The position numbers were made by a program, and so were the translations under genes. DNA of 64,000 nt from Euprymna scolopes (taxonomy: Eukaryota). Shown piece by piece: positions 63,868-64,000 of the stretch. Positions within the stretch are counted from its first letter, which is position 1, and each line of letters opens with the position of its first letter. The stretch is taken from NCBI GenBank assembly GCA_053919585.1, contig CM132785.1. One strand, 5' to 3'. The notes under the pieces are model-generated. The model ran no database searches. It had not been told where the DNA came from and saw only the letters and a program-made list of their open reading frames with translations.

Positions 63868-64000
63868 TGTCCCTCGACAAAAGAAAGGGGAAGCTGTAAA
63901 TTCGCCCTCGTCCGTTCGTCTGTCCGCACTTTTCTTAATACCTACGCCTTGGATTTTTTGGAAATTTTGCACAAGCATTAAACATGATATGAGTAAAAAA
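63868..64000 (+). mobile_element. Helentron/DINE-1-like (HINE) element start, running off the window
   Basis: Follows a T run; short IR tccctc...agggga; (GTCC)-like repeat gtccgttcgtctgtccg; then gaaattttgcaca. Confidence 0.55.

Overview
AT-rich, repeat-dominated animal genomic DNA with many (TA)n/(CA)n/(GA)n/(TAA)n microsatellites and short N-gaps. The repeat repertoire looks molluscan, possibly cephalopod (inference only). No intact host protein gene is recognisable. The window holds: one full-length decayed Ty3/Gypsy LTR element (1778-6706) and a related solo LTR; several CR1/L2-group LINE copies, one with an uninterrupted 511-aa RT ORF (29982-31517); two R4/Dong-like REL-endonuclease non-LTR remnants; Tc1/mariner remnants; many non-autonomous Helitrons, some nested or in tandem; and MITE-like inverted repeats. 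The most notable signal is non-coding: a dense set of hammerhead ribozyme (HHR) motifs. Three sequence-unrelated elements next to (TA)n tracts each join a tRNA-derived Pol III promoter directly to a type I HHR. One is a head-to-tail dimer (48546-49140) predicted to release a 322-nt monomer, resembling a retrozyme or Sm-alpha-type ribozyme SINE. Penelope-type minimal HHRs occur as outward-facing inverted pairs. In addition, a Helitron carries a tRNA-Cys split by a 5S-rRNA-headed insertion with an 11-bp target duplication. All alignments and folds were done by eye.
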